Positions 36,450-46,006 of a DNA stretch of 64,000 nucleotides are shown piece after piece. Source of the DNA: an uncultured Clostridia bacterium (GTDB lineage: Bacteria > Bacillota > Clostridia > Christensenellales > Pumilibacteraceae). The DNA is taken from positions 22,043-86,042 of the forward strand of contig CALVTM010000005.1 of the NCBI GenBank assembly GCA_944362615.1. The letters are read 5' to 3'. The position numbers and the translations under genes are program-made. Numbering within the stretch: the first letter of the stretch is position 1; each line of letters starts with the position of its first letter. Under the pieces are notes generated by a model. It was given only the letters and a program-made list of their open reading frames with translations, had not been told where the DNA came from and searched no databases.

Positions 36450-38843
36450 TCAAATTATATTGATTATCTTGCCGGGCTTGTAGATGATTTTCTTTGCGGA
36501 AGGGATACCGAGAAGTTCGAGAGCAGCGGCAAGAGCTTCCGCTTCGGTGGCATCGGGCGCAAGCATGACTTTGCCTTTGAGTTTGCCCAGTTGCTGAACG
36601 GGTATCTCCACGAGCGAGCGCACGAGTTTGCTCTCGTCCGCCGTCGGATACGGCTGTCTGAGCACGCTTCCGGTGCAGCCTGCCGCTTCCCAAAGTTCTT
36701 CGGAGATGTGCGGCGTTATCGGCGCCATGAGTTTAACGAGCGTCAGAGCGGCGTTATAAAGTTCGTCGTCCGCATCCTCATACTTATACATAGCGTTCGT
36801 GAGCTCCATAAGGCGCGCAACGGCGGTATTGAAAGAGAACGCGGCTATATCCGTTCCGCAGTTCTTCGCCGCGTAGTTGACCGCATACTCAAGGTCAGCG
36901 GCTTTGGCTTTGTCCGCAGGCGCTTTGCCCTTGCCTTCGTACGCCTTGCGGCAGATACGCTCGACGCGGTCGAGATACTTGGCTATCGCGGGAATACCGT
37001 CCGACTGGAACGGTCCGCCCTCCGTGTAAGAGAACGCAAAGCACAGATACATACGGAACACGTCCGAACCGTATACCGAAACGTAGTCGTCCGGATTGAT
37101 TATGTTTCCGCGGGTCTTGCTCATGCGCTTGCCGTCCGGTCCGAGTATAACGCCCTGGTGAACAAGTCGCATGAACGGTTCGTCAAAGTGCAGATAGCCC
37201 ATATCACGCAGAGCTTTGGTTATAAAGCGGGCGTAAAGCAGATGCATGCACGCATGCTCTGCGCCGCCGACGTACACGTCCACGGGGAGCAGTTTGTCCG
37301 TCCATGCCGTATCGAACGCTTCCTTGTCGTTCTTCGCATTGGGATAACGCAGATAGTACCAGCTCGAGCACACAAACGTATCCAGTGTATCCGGATCGCG
37401 GCGGGCAGCGCCTCCGCACTTCGGACACTTGCAGTTCATATATTCCTCGTTCGCGCCGAGAGGGCTCTTCCCCTTCGGCTTGAAGTCGACATCGTAAGGC
37501 AGCTGTACGGGAAGATCCTCTTCGGGTACGGGTACGACGCCGCACTTTTCACAATGGATCATCGGAATGGGCGCGCCCCAGTACCGCTGACGGGAGACGG
37601 ACCAGTCGCGCAGACGGTAGGTTACCGTTTCTCCGCCCTTGCCTTTTTTGTCCAGCTCCGCAAGTATCGCGTGCTTTGCCGATTCCGTATCCAGACCGTC
37701 CGCAAAACCGGAGTTTACACAGACGCCGTGTTCGGTGTAAGGCAGATCATCATCAGAACCGTCCGCGCTCTTTACGACGCGGTCTATCGGCAGACCGAAC
37801 TTCTGTGCGAACTCAAAGTCACGCGTATCGTGAGCGGGAACCGCCATGACCGCGCCCGTACCGTAAGTCGCAAGCACATAATCCGCTACCCATACCGGCA
37901 CGCGCTTACCGTTTATCGGGTTAATTGCGTATGCTCCGGTGAACGCGCCCGTCTTTTCTTTGACGGTGCTTGTACGGTCTATCTCGCTGCTGCGCGCCGC
38001 CTGGAGCTTATACTCCTCGACTTCCGCACGCCTGTCAGCCGTAGTTATCTTATCCACAAGCGGATGCTCGGGCGCAAGTACGACGTAAGAACAGCCGAAC
38101 AGCGTGTCCGCACGCGTCGTGAATACGTCGAAGCTTCCTCCGAACTCAAGATCGAACGTCACTCTGCCGCCGTAACTCTTGCCTATCCAGTTGCGCTGCA
38201 TGAGCTTGGTCTTTTCCGGCCAGTCTATCTTGTCCAGCCCTTCGAGAAGCTCTTCGGCATACTTCGTGATTTTCAGGAACCACTGACGCATCTCCTTGCG
38301 CTCCACTACAGAGCCGCAACGCTCACAGCAACCGTCAACCACCTGCTCGTTGGCTATTACCGTATTGCATGAAGGACACCAGTTTACAGGCGCAAGCTTT
38401 TCTTCCGCAAGCCCGTGCTTGTAGAGCTGAAGGAACAGCCACTGCGTCCACTTATAATACTTCGGATCACACGTCTTTATCTCGTAATCCCAGTCGAACG
38501 ACGCGCCCATGTCCTTGAGCTGACGCTCCATCGTCGCTATGTTCTTTTCCGTGGAATCCTTGGGATGTATACCCGTTTTTATCGCGTAGTTTTCCGCGGG
38601 CAGACCGAATGCGTCAAAACCCATCGGATGAAAAACTTCGTATCCCTGCATACGGAGAAGACGGGCGTAAACGTCCGTCAGTCCGAAATTATACCAATGT
38701 CCGAGGTGAAGATTTGCGCCGGACGGATAGGAGAACATCTCCAGCACGTATTTTTTTTTGTCCGCACGGGAAACGTCGAAGGAATCCGCATTTTCCGCCT
38801 CCCACTTCTTTCTCCACTTTTGTTCTGTCTTTAAATAGTCCAT
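36450..38843 (-). CDS. leuS: leucine--tRNA ligase
   Basis: 797 aa. HIGH-type HLGHWYNF, KMSKTRGN, CP1 editing domain. Confidence 0.97.
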   Translation of the reverse strand: MDYLKTEQKWRKKWEAENADSFDVSRADKKKYVLEMFSYPSGANLHLGHWYNFGLTDVYARLLRMQGYEVFHPMGFDAFGLPAENYAIKTGIHPKDSTEKNIATMERQLKDMGASFDWDYEIKTCDPKYYKWTQWLFLQLYKHGLAEEKLAPVNWCPSCNTVIANEQVVDGCCERCGSVVERKEMRQWFLKITKYAEELLEGLDKIDWPEKTKLMQRNWIGKSYGGRVTFDLEFGGSFDVFTTRADTLFGCSYVVLAPEHPLVDKITTADRRAEVEEYKLQAARSSEIDRTSTVKEKTGAFTGAYAINPINGKRVPVWVADYVLATYGTGAVMAVPAHDTRDFEFAQKFGLPIDRVVKSADGSDDDLPYTEHGVCVNSGFADGLDTESAKHAILAELDKKGKGGETVTYRLRDWSVSRQRYWGAPIPMIHCEKCGVVPVPEEDLPVQLPYDVDFKPKGKSPLGANEEYMNCKCPKCGGAARRDPDTLDTFVCSSWYYLRYPNAKNDKEAFDTAWTDKLLPVDVYVGGAEHACMHLLYARFITKALRDMGYLHFDEPFMRLVHQGVILGPDGKRMSKTRGNIINPDDYVSVYGSDVFRMYLCFAFSYTEGGPFQSDGIPAIAKYLDRVERICRKAYEGKGKAPADKAKAADLEYAVNYAAKNCGTDIAAFSFNTAVARLMELTNAMYKYEDADDELYNAALTLVKLMAPITPHISEELWEAAGCTGSVLRQPYPTADESKLVRSLVEIPVQQLGKLKGKVMLAPDATEAEALAAALELLGIPSAKKIIYKPGKIINII

Positions 38844-38845
38844 TG

Positions 38846-39427
38846 TCAGCTTACCTTGGTTATTATTCCCTTTTTGACTATATATCCCGTTTTCGCAAAC
38901 GAAAGCATCGTGCTGTCCGCCGGCGTATCCGTGTAATACTCGTCCAGCTCCGCATCCTCTCCGAATGTCATCTTAAACCTTTCGAGCTTCCCTTTCCGGT
39001 AACAGTACGGGTCGACTACTTTGCCTGTTTTACGGTTCACTTCCGTCGCTATCAGATACTTTATACCCAGTCTGCGGCATATCTCCTCAAGAAAATATGA
39101 CGGCGTGGCGGATATGACGATATCGTCATCACGGTGAATTTCCTTATACCATTGTCCTATCTTTTTCTCGTTTCTGTCCCAGAATTTCACGATATATCCG
39201 TCAACTCCCCTGAAACGCAGAAACGGAAAAAGCACCCATTCCACCAAGTGCTTCATCTTGAGTATCCGGCAGAATTTAAGCAGTACCGCAATAAGGGCAA
39301 CGGGAAGCCATAACAGCATCCACGGCCGGCGCGCTGCTATAAACAGCACAAAATCACGATAACTGTAACCCTGGTATATCGTGTGGTCGAAATCAAACGC
39401 CCTCATGACTTTACGTGTCCGACTCAC
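38846..39427 (-). CDS. HAD-IB-family hydrolase with a hydrophobic insert
   Basis: DxDxT motif (FDFDHTIY), SATP motif II, and an acidic motif near the C-terminus (YTDTPADS). It ends 2 nt before the leuS start. Confidence 0.65.
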   Translation of the reverse strand: MSRTRKVMRAFDFDHTIYQGYSYRDFVLFIAARRPWMLLWLPVALIAVLLKFCRILKMKHLVEWVLFPFLRFRGVDGYIVKFWDRNEKKIGQWYKEIHRDDDIVISATPSYFLEEICRRLGIKYLIATEVNRKTGKVVDPYCYRKGKLERFKMTFGEDAELDEYYTDTPADSTMLSFAKTGYIVKKGIITKVS

Positions 39428-39723
39428 AAACCGAGATTGCGGGCAAGATCGTCTTTCCCGACATACCCCAGATGACGCGCAACAATCTTTCCGTCATCAA
39501 AACGTATGACCGTCGGTATGCTTGAGATACCGAATGCCGCCGCAAGATCGCTCTCCTCATCCACGTTCACTTTGAAGAACTTAACGTCAGGACGCTCCTC
39601 TGCAAGCTCCTCGATAACAGGTGCAAGCATACGGCAGGGACCGCACCAGCTTGCCCAGAAATCCACAACGGCAGTGCCGTTCATTACTTCTTCTTTAAAA
39701 TTTTCTACAGTAAGATTTTTCAT
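39424..39723 (-). CDS. trxA: thioredoxin
   Basis: 99 aa with the WCGPC active site. Confidence 0.95.
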   Translation of the reverse strand: MKNLTVENFKEEVMNGTAVVDFWASWCGPCRMLAPVIEELAEERPDVKFFKVNVDEESDLAAAFGISSIPTVIRFDDGKIVARHLGYVGKDDLARNLGL

Positions 39724-40596
39724 AACCGAATTATACCATATACTTTATACTTTGACAAGCATTTTTTAATGTTCAGCTCTGCCATTGTGTCGCCGTCCTC
39801 TTTATCCAGAACCTGCAACGCGGCGTCCATAAGCATGTTTCCCGCGCTTCCGCTGTCCAGTCCGTACACTTCGGCAGTGAGCGTCAGCGCGTACAGTCCG
39901 TCCTCTTTTTTGATGACCGTCTGCGCCGTGCGCTCTTCTATCACGGCGACGTCGCCGACAGTGACGCCGTTTCCGAGGGCAAACGACTTCAGATCGTCTA
40001 TGCTCGTTATACTCTCCAGTCCTTTAAGCGGAGTTATGCTCACACGATGAGAAGGCTCTCCGTCCGTTTCCACACTGCCTACCCCGTCTATGGCTGAAAA
40101 CTCACTGACGAGTTTTTCGGCTTCAGCCGCCGCATAAGCGACATCCGATCCGGAGTCCTCCGTACTCGTGACATATATCGTCGCCGTCGCCTGACCGTTA
40201 AGATCCAGGCTCGATACTTCAGGCGAAGAGCAGCCGTCCGGCAAATCCAAAGCGGACGCACGCTCCCGCACATCCGCCGTCTTTTCGTCAACAGCCGTGC
40301 CGAAATCAAATTCAAGCATGACTGCCCCTACGTTGTCATATGAATATGTAAAGCTGCCGGTTATACCGCTTATGCCGCTCATGCTGTCTGCCGGAAACGG
40401 AAGTTACGCTCTCTTCAATTACAGCCGCACTCGCCCCGAGATACGTCACAACGACGCTGACAATGGGGATCTTCATATCGGGAACAAGCTGCATGGGCAT
40501 TCCGAGCGCGCCCATAACTCCTCCGAACGCTATGAGCAACGAAAGAATAACTGTCGTTATCGGCTGTCGGAATAAAGTGAAAAGTATTTTCTTCAT
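39720..40596 (-). pseudogene. frameshifted, 3'-truncated remnant of an RND (AcrB-like) efflux permease
   Basis: The 86-aa ORF (MKKILFTLFRQPITTVILSLLIAFGG...YLGASAAVIEESVT) matches the RND N-terminus and TM1. The frame breaks near 40415. It continues as a 220-aa ORF (MSGISGITGSFTYSYDNVGAVMLEFDFG...) covering only the first periplasmic porter region. TM2-12 are absent. Confidence 0.7.
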
Positions 40597-40668
40597 ATTC
40601 CCCGCTTCTTCACAACTTTCAGGACATGTAACTCAACGAAGCGGGTATGCTGCTTCATATTATACCGC

Positions 40669-42051
40669 TTATTTCATGCAGAGGTGCATTTTTCTGTCAA
40701 AGCAAGAGGTGCAATAGGTATTCTCACAATTGAGTCCGGTCTCGCACAGGCTCTCTATCGGCAGAAATCCTATCGTATCGCAACCGAGATAAGCGCACAT
40801 CTCCTCGTTCGTCCTGCCGCCGGCGGCAAGCAGTCGGGACTCGTCCGCCATCTGCACGCCGTAAAGACACTTATGGATGATGCGCGGCGAACCTATGCGG
40901 AGATGCACTTCTTTCGCACCCGCCGCTTTGAGCATGGTTATTATGCGCCGCGACGTATCGCCCATGATTATCGAGTCGTCGACAAGCGCGACACGCTTTC
41001 CGCCTACCGTCTGACGAAGTACGTTGTACTTGAGCGTGATCGCCTTTTCTCTTCCCTCGAAATCGTGAGTGAACAGATTGCGCGAAGAGAACTTGTTCTT
41101 CATGACTCCCGCCTTAAGAGGAAGACCCGTTTCGTTGGCATACCCCTGAGCGAATACCGTACCGCCGTCGGGTACGCCGCATACCACGTCCGCATCCGCA
41201 GGACACGCTCTTGCAAGCAGCCGTCCCGCTTTTTCACGGAATGAATACACCTCGTTCCCGTCGAGTATGGAATCAGGACGCGCAAAGTAAATATATTCAT
41301 ACATACAGAGACTGGTACGTCTGCCGCAGAAATTGTCAAACGAACGTACGCCGAACTTCTCGTCCACGCATACGAGCTCTCCCGGACGGATATCCCGGAC
41401 ATATTCCGCGCCCATAGCGTCAAGCGCGCAGGTCTCGCTCGCAAAAACTACGGCGCTCCCCTTCCTGCCCATGCAAAGCGGACGGAATCCGCGCGGATCA
41501 CGCACGGCTATCAGCTTTTTCGGGGACATGAGTATCATAGAATATGCGCCCTCAAGGCTCTCCATGACTTCAAGCATGCTCGTTTCCGCGCTCGGACAGG
41601 TTGTGCGGGCGCGCGCTATCAGATGCATGATGACTTCCGTATCACGGCTGGACTGGAATATCGCGCCGTCGTCCTCAAGCGCGGTACGAAGATGCTCCGC
41701 GTTCGTTATATATCCGTTTTTTGCAAGGCTGATCGTACCTTTGCAGTAACGCGTCGTTATCGGCTGGATATTCTCACGCAGGTCCTGCCCGCTGTTGAAA
41801 CGTACATGACCGATGCCTATCTTGCCTTTGAGCGACTCTATCGTGCGCACGTCGAATACATCGTTCACATGCCCGTTATCCTTTATCCGCGTAAGCGCAT
41901 AATTGTCGTTGGTGACGATACCACAGCTCATGTGTCCTCTGTGCTGAAGCGCAAACAAGCCGTAACAAAGGTCACGTCCGACGTCTCCTCCGCCGAGATC
42001 GAACATGCCGATCACTCCGCATTCCTCTTTCATATGGTCGTCTGTATACAT
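40669..42051 (-). CDS. purF: amidophosphoribosyltransferase
   Basis: 460 aa. Propeptide plus CGVIGMF Ntn cysteine, and PRPP motif VALVDDSIIMGDTS. Confidence 0.95.
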   Translation of the reverse strand: MYTDDHMKEECGVIGMFDLGGGDVGRDLCYGLFALQHRGHMSCGIVTNDNYALTRIKDNGHVNDVFDVRTIESLKGKIGIGHVRFNSGQDLRENIQPITTRYCKGTISLAKNGYITNAEHLRTALEDDGAIFQSSRDTEVIMHLIARARTTCPSAETSMLEVMESLEGAYSMILMSPKKLIAVRDPRGFRPLCMGRKGSAVVFASETCALDAMGAEYVRDIRPGELVCVDEKFGVRSFDNFCGRRTSLCMYEYIYFARPDSILDGNEVYSFREKAGRLLARACPADADVVCGVPDGGTVFAQGYANETGLPLKAGVMKNKFSSRNLFTHDFEGREKAITLKYNVLRQTVGGKRVALVDDSIIMGDTSRRIITMLKAAGAKEVHLRIGSPRIIHKCLYGVQMADESRLLAAGGRTNEEMCAYLGCDTIGFLPIESLCETGLNCENTYCTSCFDRKMHLCMK

Positions 42052-42080
42052 CTAAACCATTCTCCTGTTCGTATGACAAT

Positions 42081-42109
42081 ATTATATAATAATCGTCAGT
42101 CAATGTCAA
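42081..42109 (-). promoter_or_regulatory. consensus SigA promoter of purF
   Basis: Minus strand reads TTGACA (42104-09), a 17-nt spacer, then TATAAT (42081-86). AGGAGAA RBS follows and the leader is only about 25 nt. Confidence 0.7.
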
Positions 42110-42279
42110 GGGTCTGACGGCTCCGCCGTCCGGCGCATACGACGGCGACAGCCGCAGAAAGTCTGCCGCAGCAATAATGACGGTGCAGCTTTTCAGACGC
42201 AGACTGTGCCGTTTGCGAATGACAAAGCTCCGGGGCTGAATGGACACTTTTTCCCGCAACGGTCTCTGAAAAACGATCA

Positions 42280-42310
42280 GAAAAAGACTGCCGCTGATAT
42301 TTTGCGGCAG
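42280..42310 (-). terminator. terminator after hypothetical gene 42354-43178
   Basis: Stem CTGCCGC/GCGGCAG. On the minus strand it is followed by TCTTTTTC. Confidence 0.55.
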
Positions 42311-42353
42311 CCTTCCGGTCTTTTATTCTCTTATGTTTCGCAACGCTCCTGTC

Positions 42354-43178
42354 TTATTGCTTATCTTTATATTGGGTGGCAAGCAATGTGCGGGAACCGT
42401 CCGCATTTATATAGTACTTCTTATATACGTCGGGGTATTCGTAAAGCAGAACATTCGGTTCTCCGCGCAGTCGGTATATGCGCGGCGCCGGACCGCCCTG
42501 ATCTTCACCGAAATCTCTGTTACGTACGGGCTCGCGGTCGCGCGTGCGCGCTTCATCGTACTCGCTCAGCCGTATACCGTCATCACCGCCATAGTTGGAC
42601 GGCTGAACATACGGTGAAAACGTGGATCCGTCAGCCGGCTGCTTCGCTTTTTCCGAAGAAGAACCTTTCTCTCCGAAATAATACTCCTCCATGCCCTTAG
42701 CGCCCATCAGCGCATCGCCGCGGTGAAGCGAATCGGGAGTCGTTGCCGGATCAGGCGCAGGAGACGTATCGAGATAACGTCCGCCTGCCATGTACGCGCT
42801 TCGCTCCCTGCGGTCGTAACGCTCGCCGCTCGCCGCCGACGGGTCGCCTTTCATTTCTGCGGCGTACCTGTTCGCTTCGTCGCGCGTCGTAATGTCCGCG
42901 CTCTCATCCTCATAATCATAGCGTATCGGCTGAACGGCGCTCTGCGCCTGGCGCGACGGTTCACTGTCCGTATGCGGTTTTTCCCGCTTGACGCGGTTTG
43001 CGTAAACATAGGTCAGCGCAACGCACGCTATCAGCGTTACGGACAGTCCTACAAAGTAAAATCCCCAGTTCGCGCCGACAGTCGCCGTTGCAATGGAAAT
43101 TATCAGAAACACCACCGAATAAAGTAGCGGCAACCAGAGAAACATTGCTATAAATGCTTTCAGTACTTGCTTTATCAT
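42354..43178 (-). CDS. membrane-anchored hypothetical protein (2 N-terminal TM, long disordered acidic/Arg-rich region, short conserved-looking C-terminal module)
   Basis: 274 aa. No recognisable motif. C-terminus YRLRGEPNVLLYEYPDVYKKYYINADGSRTLL. Confidence 0.5.
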   Translation of the reverse strand: MIKQVLKAFIAMFLWLPLLYSVVFLIISIATATVGANWGFYFVGLSVTLIACVALTYVYANRVKREKPHTDSEPSRQAQSAVQPIRYDYEDESADITTRDEANRYAAEMKGDPSAASGERYDRRERSAYMAGGRYLDTSPAPDPATTPDSLHRGDALMGAKGMEEYYFGEKGSSSEKAKQPADGSTFSPYVQPSNYGGDDGIRLSEYDEARTRDREPVRNRDFGEDQGGPAPRIYRLRGEPNVLLYEYPDVYKKYYINADGSRTLLATQYKDKQ

Positions 43179-43200
43179 ACGTTTTCCCCCAATTACGGCT

Positions 43201-44484
43201 TTAATCGATCACATCAAAGCCGGTGTATTTCCTCAGCACTTCGGGCACGACTATGCTGCCGTCCGCCTGCTGATACTGTTCGACGATCGCAGGCATGACT
43301 CGGCTTGTCGCAAGACCGCTGCCGTTCAGAGTGTGTACAAACCTGTTTTTGCCGTCTGCACCCTTATAGCGCGTGGAGTTGCGGCGCGCCTGATAGTCGT
43401 TCGCATTTGACACGCTGGAAACTTCCTTATATATCCCCATCGACGGAATCCATACCTCTATATCGTAAGTGCGCGCCATGGATGCGGAGCAATCGCCCGC
43501 CGCAAGTTTGCTCAGGCGGAAGTGCAGTCCCAGCTTCTCCACAAGCGAACATGCTTTTCCGACAAGCTCTTCAAACGCCGCCTTGGACTGTTCGGGCGTC
43601 GTAATCTGCACCATCTCCACCTTATTGAACTGATGACCGCGGATCATACCGCGCTCTTCACTGCGGTAGCTTCCCGCCTCCTTACGGAAGCAAGGCGTGT
43701 ACGCAAACAGCTTTTTGGGCAACTCGCTCTCCTTAAGAACTTCGCCCGAGTACAGATTGACAAGCGCGGTCTCCGCCGTGGGAAGCATAAACTTCATCTT
43801 CGTGCGGTCGCCTTCCGCCTCATTGTTCTCCACCCAGTATACTTCGTCCTTGAACTTGGGGAACTGACCGGAGCCGTACCCGCAGTTATAGCCGAGGGCA
43901 AGCGGCGGAAGTATAAACTCATAACCGTCCGCAAGGTGCTCGGAAATAAAGAAGTTCAGAAGCGCCCACTCGAGGACCGCCCCTTTGCCGCGGTATATCC
44001 AGTGACCCGATCCGGACAGTTTTACGCCGCGTTCGTAGTCTATGAGCCCGTGCTTCGTGCAGAGAGCGACATGATCAAGCGGCTTGAATCCGAATTCCGG
44101 TTTCTCGCCGACCACCTTAACGACTTCGTTATTCTCCTTACCGCCGCCCTTAAGATCTTCATCCGGAATGTTGGGCAGTACGCTCACCGCTTCCGTAAGC
44201 TCTTTCTCGACAGCCGCAAGCTGTTTATCTATGTCCGCGATCTCGTTACCTATTTCTTTGGTACGCGCAATTATCTCCGAAACGTCCTTTCCCGCTTTCT
44301 TCAGTACGGGAACCTGGGCGCTCGCTTCGTTACGCTGTTTCTTAAGCTCATCACCCTTGACGATGAGCGCGCGACGCTGCTCGTCCAGCCCGATTATCCT
44401 GCCGAAATCAGCCTCGCAACCTTTGCGGGCAAGCAGTTCTTTTACCTTCTCCGTTTCGGTAAGTATAAGTTTGATGTCTATCAT
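43201..44484 (-). CDS. serS: serine--tRNA ligase
   Basis: Class II motifs (TPCFRKEAGS, GSGLATSRV). I trimmed the start to MIDIKL (ATG 44482-84, GGAGAGG upstream). The track ORF starts at 44547. Confidence 0.95.
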   Translation of the reverse strand: MIDIKLILTETEKVKELLARKGCEADFGRIIGLDEQRRALIVKGDELKKQRNEASAQVPVLKKAGKDVSEIIARTKEIGNEIADIDKQLAAVEKELTEAVSVLPNIPDEDLKGGGKENNEVVKVVGEKPEFGFKPLDHVALCTKHGLIDYERGVKLSGSGHWIYRGKGAVLEWALLNFFISEHLADGYEFILPPLALGYNCGYGSGQFPKFKDEVYWVENNEAEGDRTKMKFMLPTAETALVNLYSGEVLKESELPKKLFAYTPCFRKEAGSYRSEERGMIRGHQFNKVEMVQITTPEQSKAAFEELVGKACSLVEKLGLHFRLSKLAAGDCSASMARTYDIEVWIPSMGIYKEVSSVSNANDYQARRNSTRYKGADGKNRFVHTLNGSGLATSRVMPAIVEQYQQADGSIVVPEVLRKYTGFDVID

Positions 44485-44518
44485 GCGTTTTATCCTCTCC
44501 TGTTGTCTTACGAATATG

Positions 44519-44547
44519 ATTTTAACACAAAGTGTACAAAAATACAA
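44519..44547 (-). promoter_or_regulatory. candidate serS promoter
   Basis: Minus strand reads TTGTAT, a 17-nt spacer, then TAAAAT with TGT just upstream of the -10. This would give a leader of only about 30 nt. Confidence 0.4.
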
Positions 44548-44850
44548 TATATTTCAGGCATTTTTCGCAAACCTTTTTATCCGGCGCGGACTCGATACGT
44601 CAAAACGCTCCCCGCCCATGCGCTCCCGCCGCCGCGCGGATTAACGATTACCTTAAGCGCCCGTGCGGACTGTTACCCTTATTCGGGTGATCAGTCCCGA
44701 GCCCGGTTAAACGCGGCGATCTGCCACGCTTCTGCCGGTCCGCTCCGTTCTCTTGAAAATTATGGTTTACACTTTTTGTCTCCGAATATTTCATGGCTGT
44801 TTGTATTCTGTCGACATGCTTTTCCGATCACACCACTTTATCATCCGATC

Positions 44851-44879
44851 TTGACAACGTAAGCGTTTTATAATATAAT
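44851..44879 (+). promoter_or_regulatory. consensus SigA promoter of the SPFH/zinc-ribbon operon
   Basis: TTGACA (44851-56), a 17-nt spacer, then TATAAT (44874-79). AAAGGAG RBS lies 8 nt before ATG 44909. Confidence 0.7.
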
Positions 44880-44908
44880 GATTAAAGATCACGAAAGGAG
44901 ATCATGAA

Positions 44909-46006
44909 ATGGGAATACTTAAACTGATAGAATGGACGGATGATTCTAAAAATACTATAGTCCATAAAATCGACCTCGAGAAGGATAACGACACGATAAA
45001 TAAGGGCTCAAAGCTGACAGTGCGCGAAGGGCAGGCAGCCGTTTTCTGCCATAAGGGCAAAATGGCTGACGTATTCCTCCCCGGAATGTATACGCTGGAT
45101 ACGGATAACGTCCCCCTGCTCACAAAGCTCATGAGCTGGAAGTACGGCTTTGAACGCCCGTTCAAGTCGGACATCTACTTTGTCAACACCAGGCAGTTCA
45201 CCGATCAGAAATGGGGAACGATGAATCCTATCATAGTGCGCGACGCCGACTACGGCGCGGTACGTATCCGCGCTTTTGGTACTTACGCGTTCAGAGTGGA
45301 CGATCCGTACGTGTTCCTGACGGAGATCTCGGGTACGATGAGCTCATACCTCACCCACGATATAACCGATTGGCTCAAGAGCATTGTGGTTACGCGGATA
45401 TCCGACGTCATCGGCGAAAGCAAAGTGCCCGTGCTCGACATGGCAAGCAACCTCGTCGAAATGGGAGACATGGTCAAACAGCAGCTCGGACCGTCGTTTA
45501 AGGAGATCGGTCTTGAGCTGACTGCGTTCAACTTCGTCAACTTCTCTCTGCCCGAGGCGCTCGAAAAGGCGCTCGACGAAAGCACTTCGCTCGGCATACT
45601 CGGCAAGAATATGGACGTGTATATGCAGAAGGCACAGGCTGACGCGCTGATGAGCGCGGCGAAAAACCCGGGCGCAGGTAATTTCATGGGCGCGGGTATG
45701 GGAGCAGGCATGGGACTGAGCATGGGCGCGGCTATGGGCGGTATGATGAGCGGTATGGCTAACGCGGGAAAGACCGCCTGCCCCAAGTGCGGCGCGTCCG
45801 TCAAGGCGGGAGCCAGGTTCTGCCCTGAGTGCGGCACCAAGCTCGGAGGCGTCACATGCCCCAAGTGCGGCGCGTCCGTCAAGGCGGATGCAAAGTTCTG
45901 TCCGGAGTGCGGCACCAAGCTCGGAGGCGTCACATGCCCCAAGTGCGGCGCTACAGCCAAAGCGGGCGCTAAGTTCTGCCCCGAGTGCGGTGAGAAACTG
46001 TCATGA
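44909..46006 (+). CDS. SPFH/band-7 family protein with C-terminal triple zinc-ribbon (YdjI/COG4260-like)
   Basis: 365 aa. The N-terminal 270 aa are typical of the YdjI-like SPFH family. A Gly/Met-rich linker follows, then three 26-aa repeats CPKCGA..KA.AKFCPECGTKLGGVT (78-bp DNA period, 45779-45996). Confidence 0.85.
   Translation: MGILKLIEWTDDSKNTIVHKIDLEKDNDTINKGSKLTVREGQAAVFCHKGKMADVFLPGMYTLDTDNVPLLTKLMSWKYGFERPFKSDIYFVNTRQFTDQKWGTMNPIIVRDADYGAVRIRAFGTYAFRVDDPYVFLTEISGTMSSYLTHDITDWLKSIVVTRISDVIGESKVPVLDMASNLVEMGDMVKQQLGPSFKEIGLELTAFNFVNFSLPEALEKALDESTSLGILGKNMDVYMQKAQADALMSAAKNPGAGNFMGAGMGAGMGLSMGAAMGGMMSGMANAGKTACPKCGASVKAGARFCPECGTKLGGVTCPKCGASVKADAKFCPECGTKLGGVTCPKCGATAKAGAKFCPECGEKLS

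Noticed and set aside
36591-38372. Very long ORFs antisense to strongly supported genes. Examples are 593 aa opposite leuS, 446 aa opposite serS (43522-44862), 529 aa opposite the GltB FMN gene (59158-60747), 367 aa opposite fusA (49823-50926) and 338 aa opposite the P-type ATPase (18653-19669).
   Set aside because: Each lies fully within a gene whose product has clear catalytic motifs. Their translations are Arg/His/Val/Tyr-rich low-information sequence, typical of the antisense frame of GC-rich coding DNA. None has an RBS.
42052-42353. A purine riboswitch or long regulatory leader upstream of purF.
   Set aside because: A perfect TTGACA-17-TATAAT promoter sits only about 25 nt upstream of the RBS, which leaves no room for a riboswitch. 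The conserved purine-riboswitch loops are not visible in the 300-bp spacer. The only hairpin there is the terminator of the upstream gene.
44590-44760. A T-box riboswitch for serS.
   Set aside because: The region lacks the conserved UGGNACC core of the T-box sequence. It also lacks a terminator hairpin with a U-tract next to the start codon, and a candidate promoter lies downstream of it. It is kept as an unexplained structured island in the findings.
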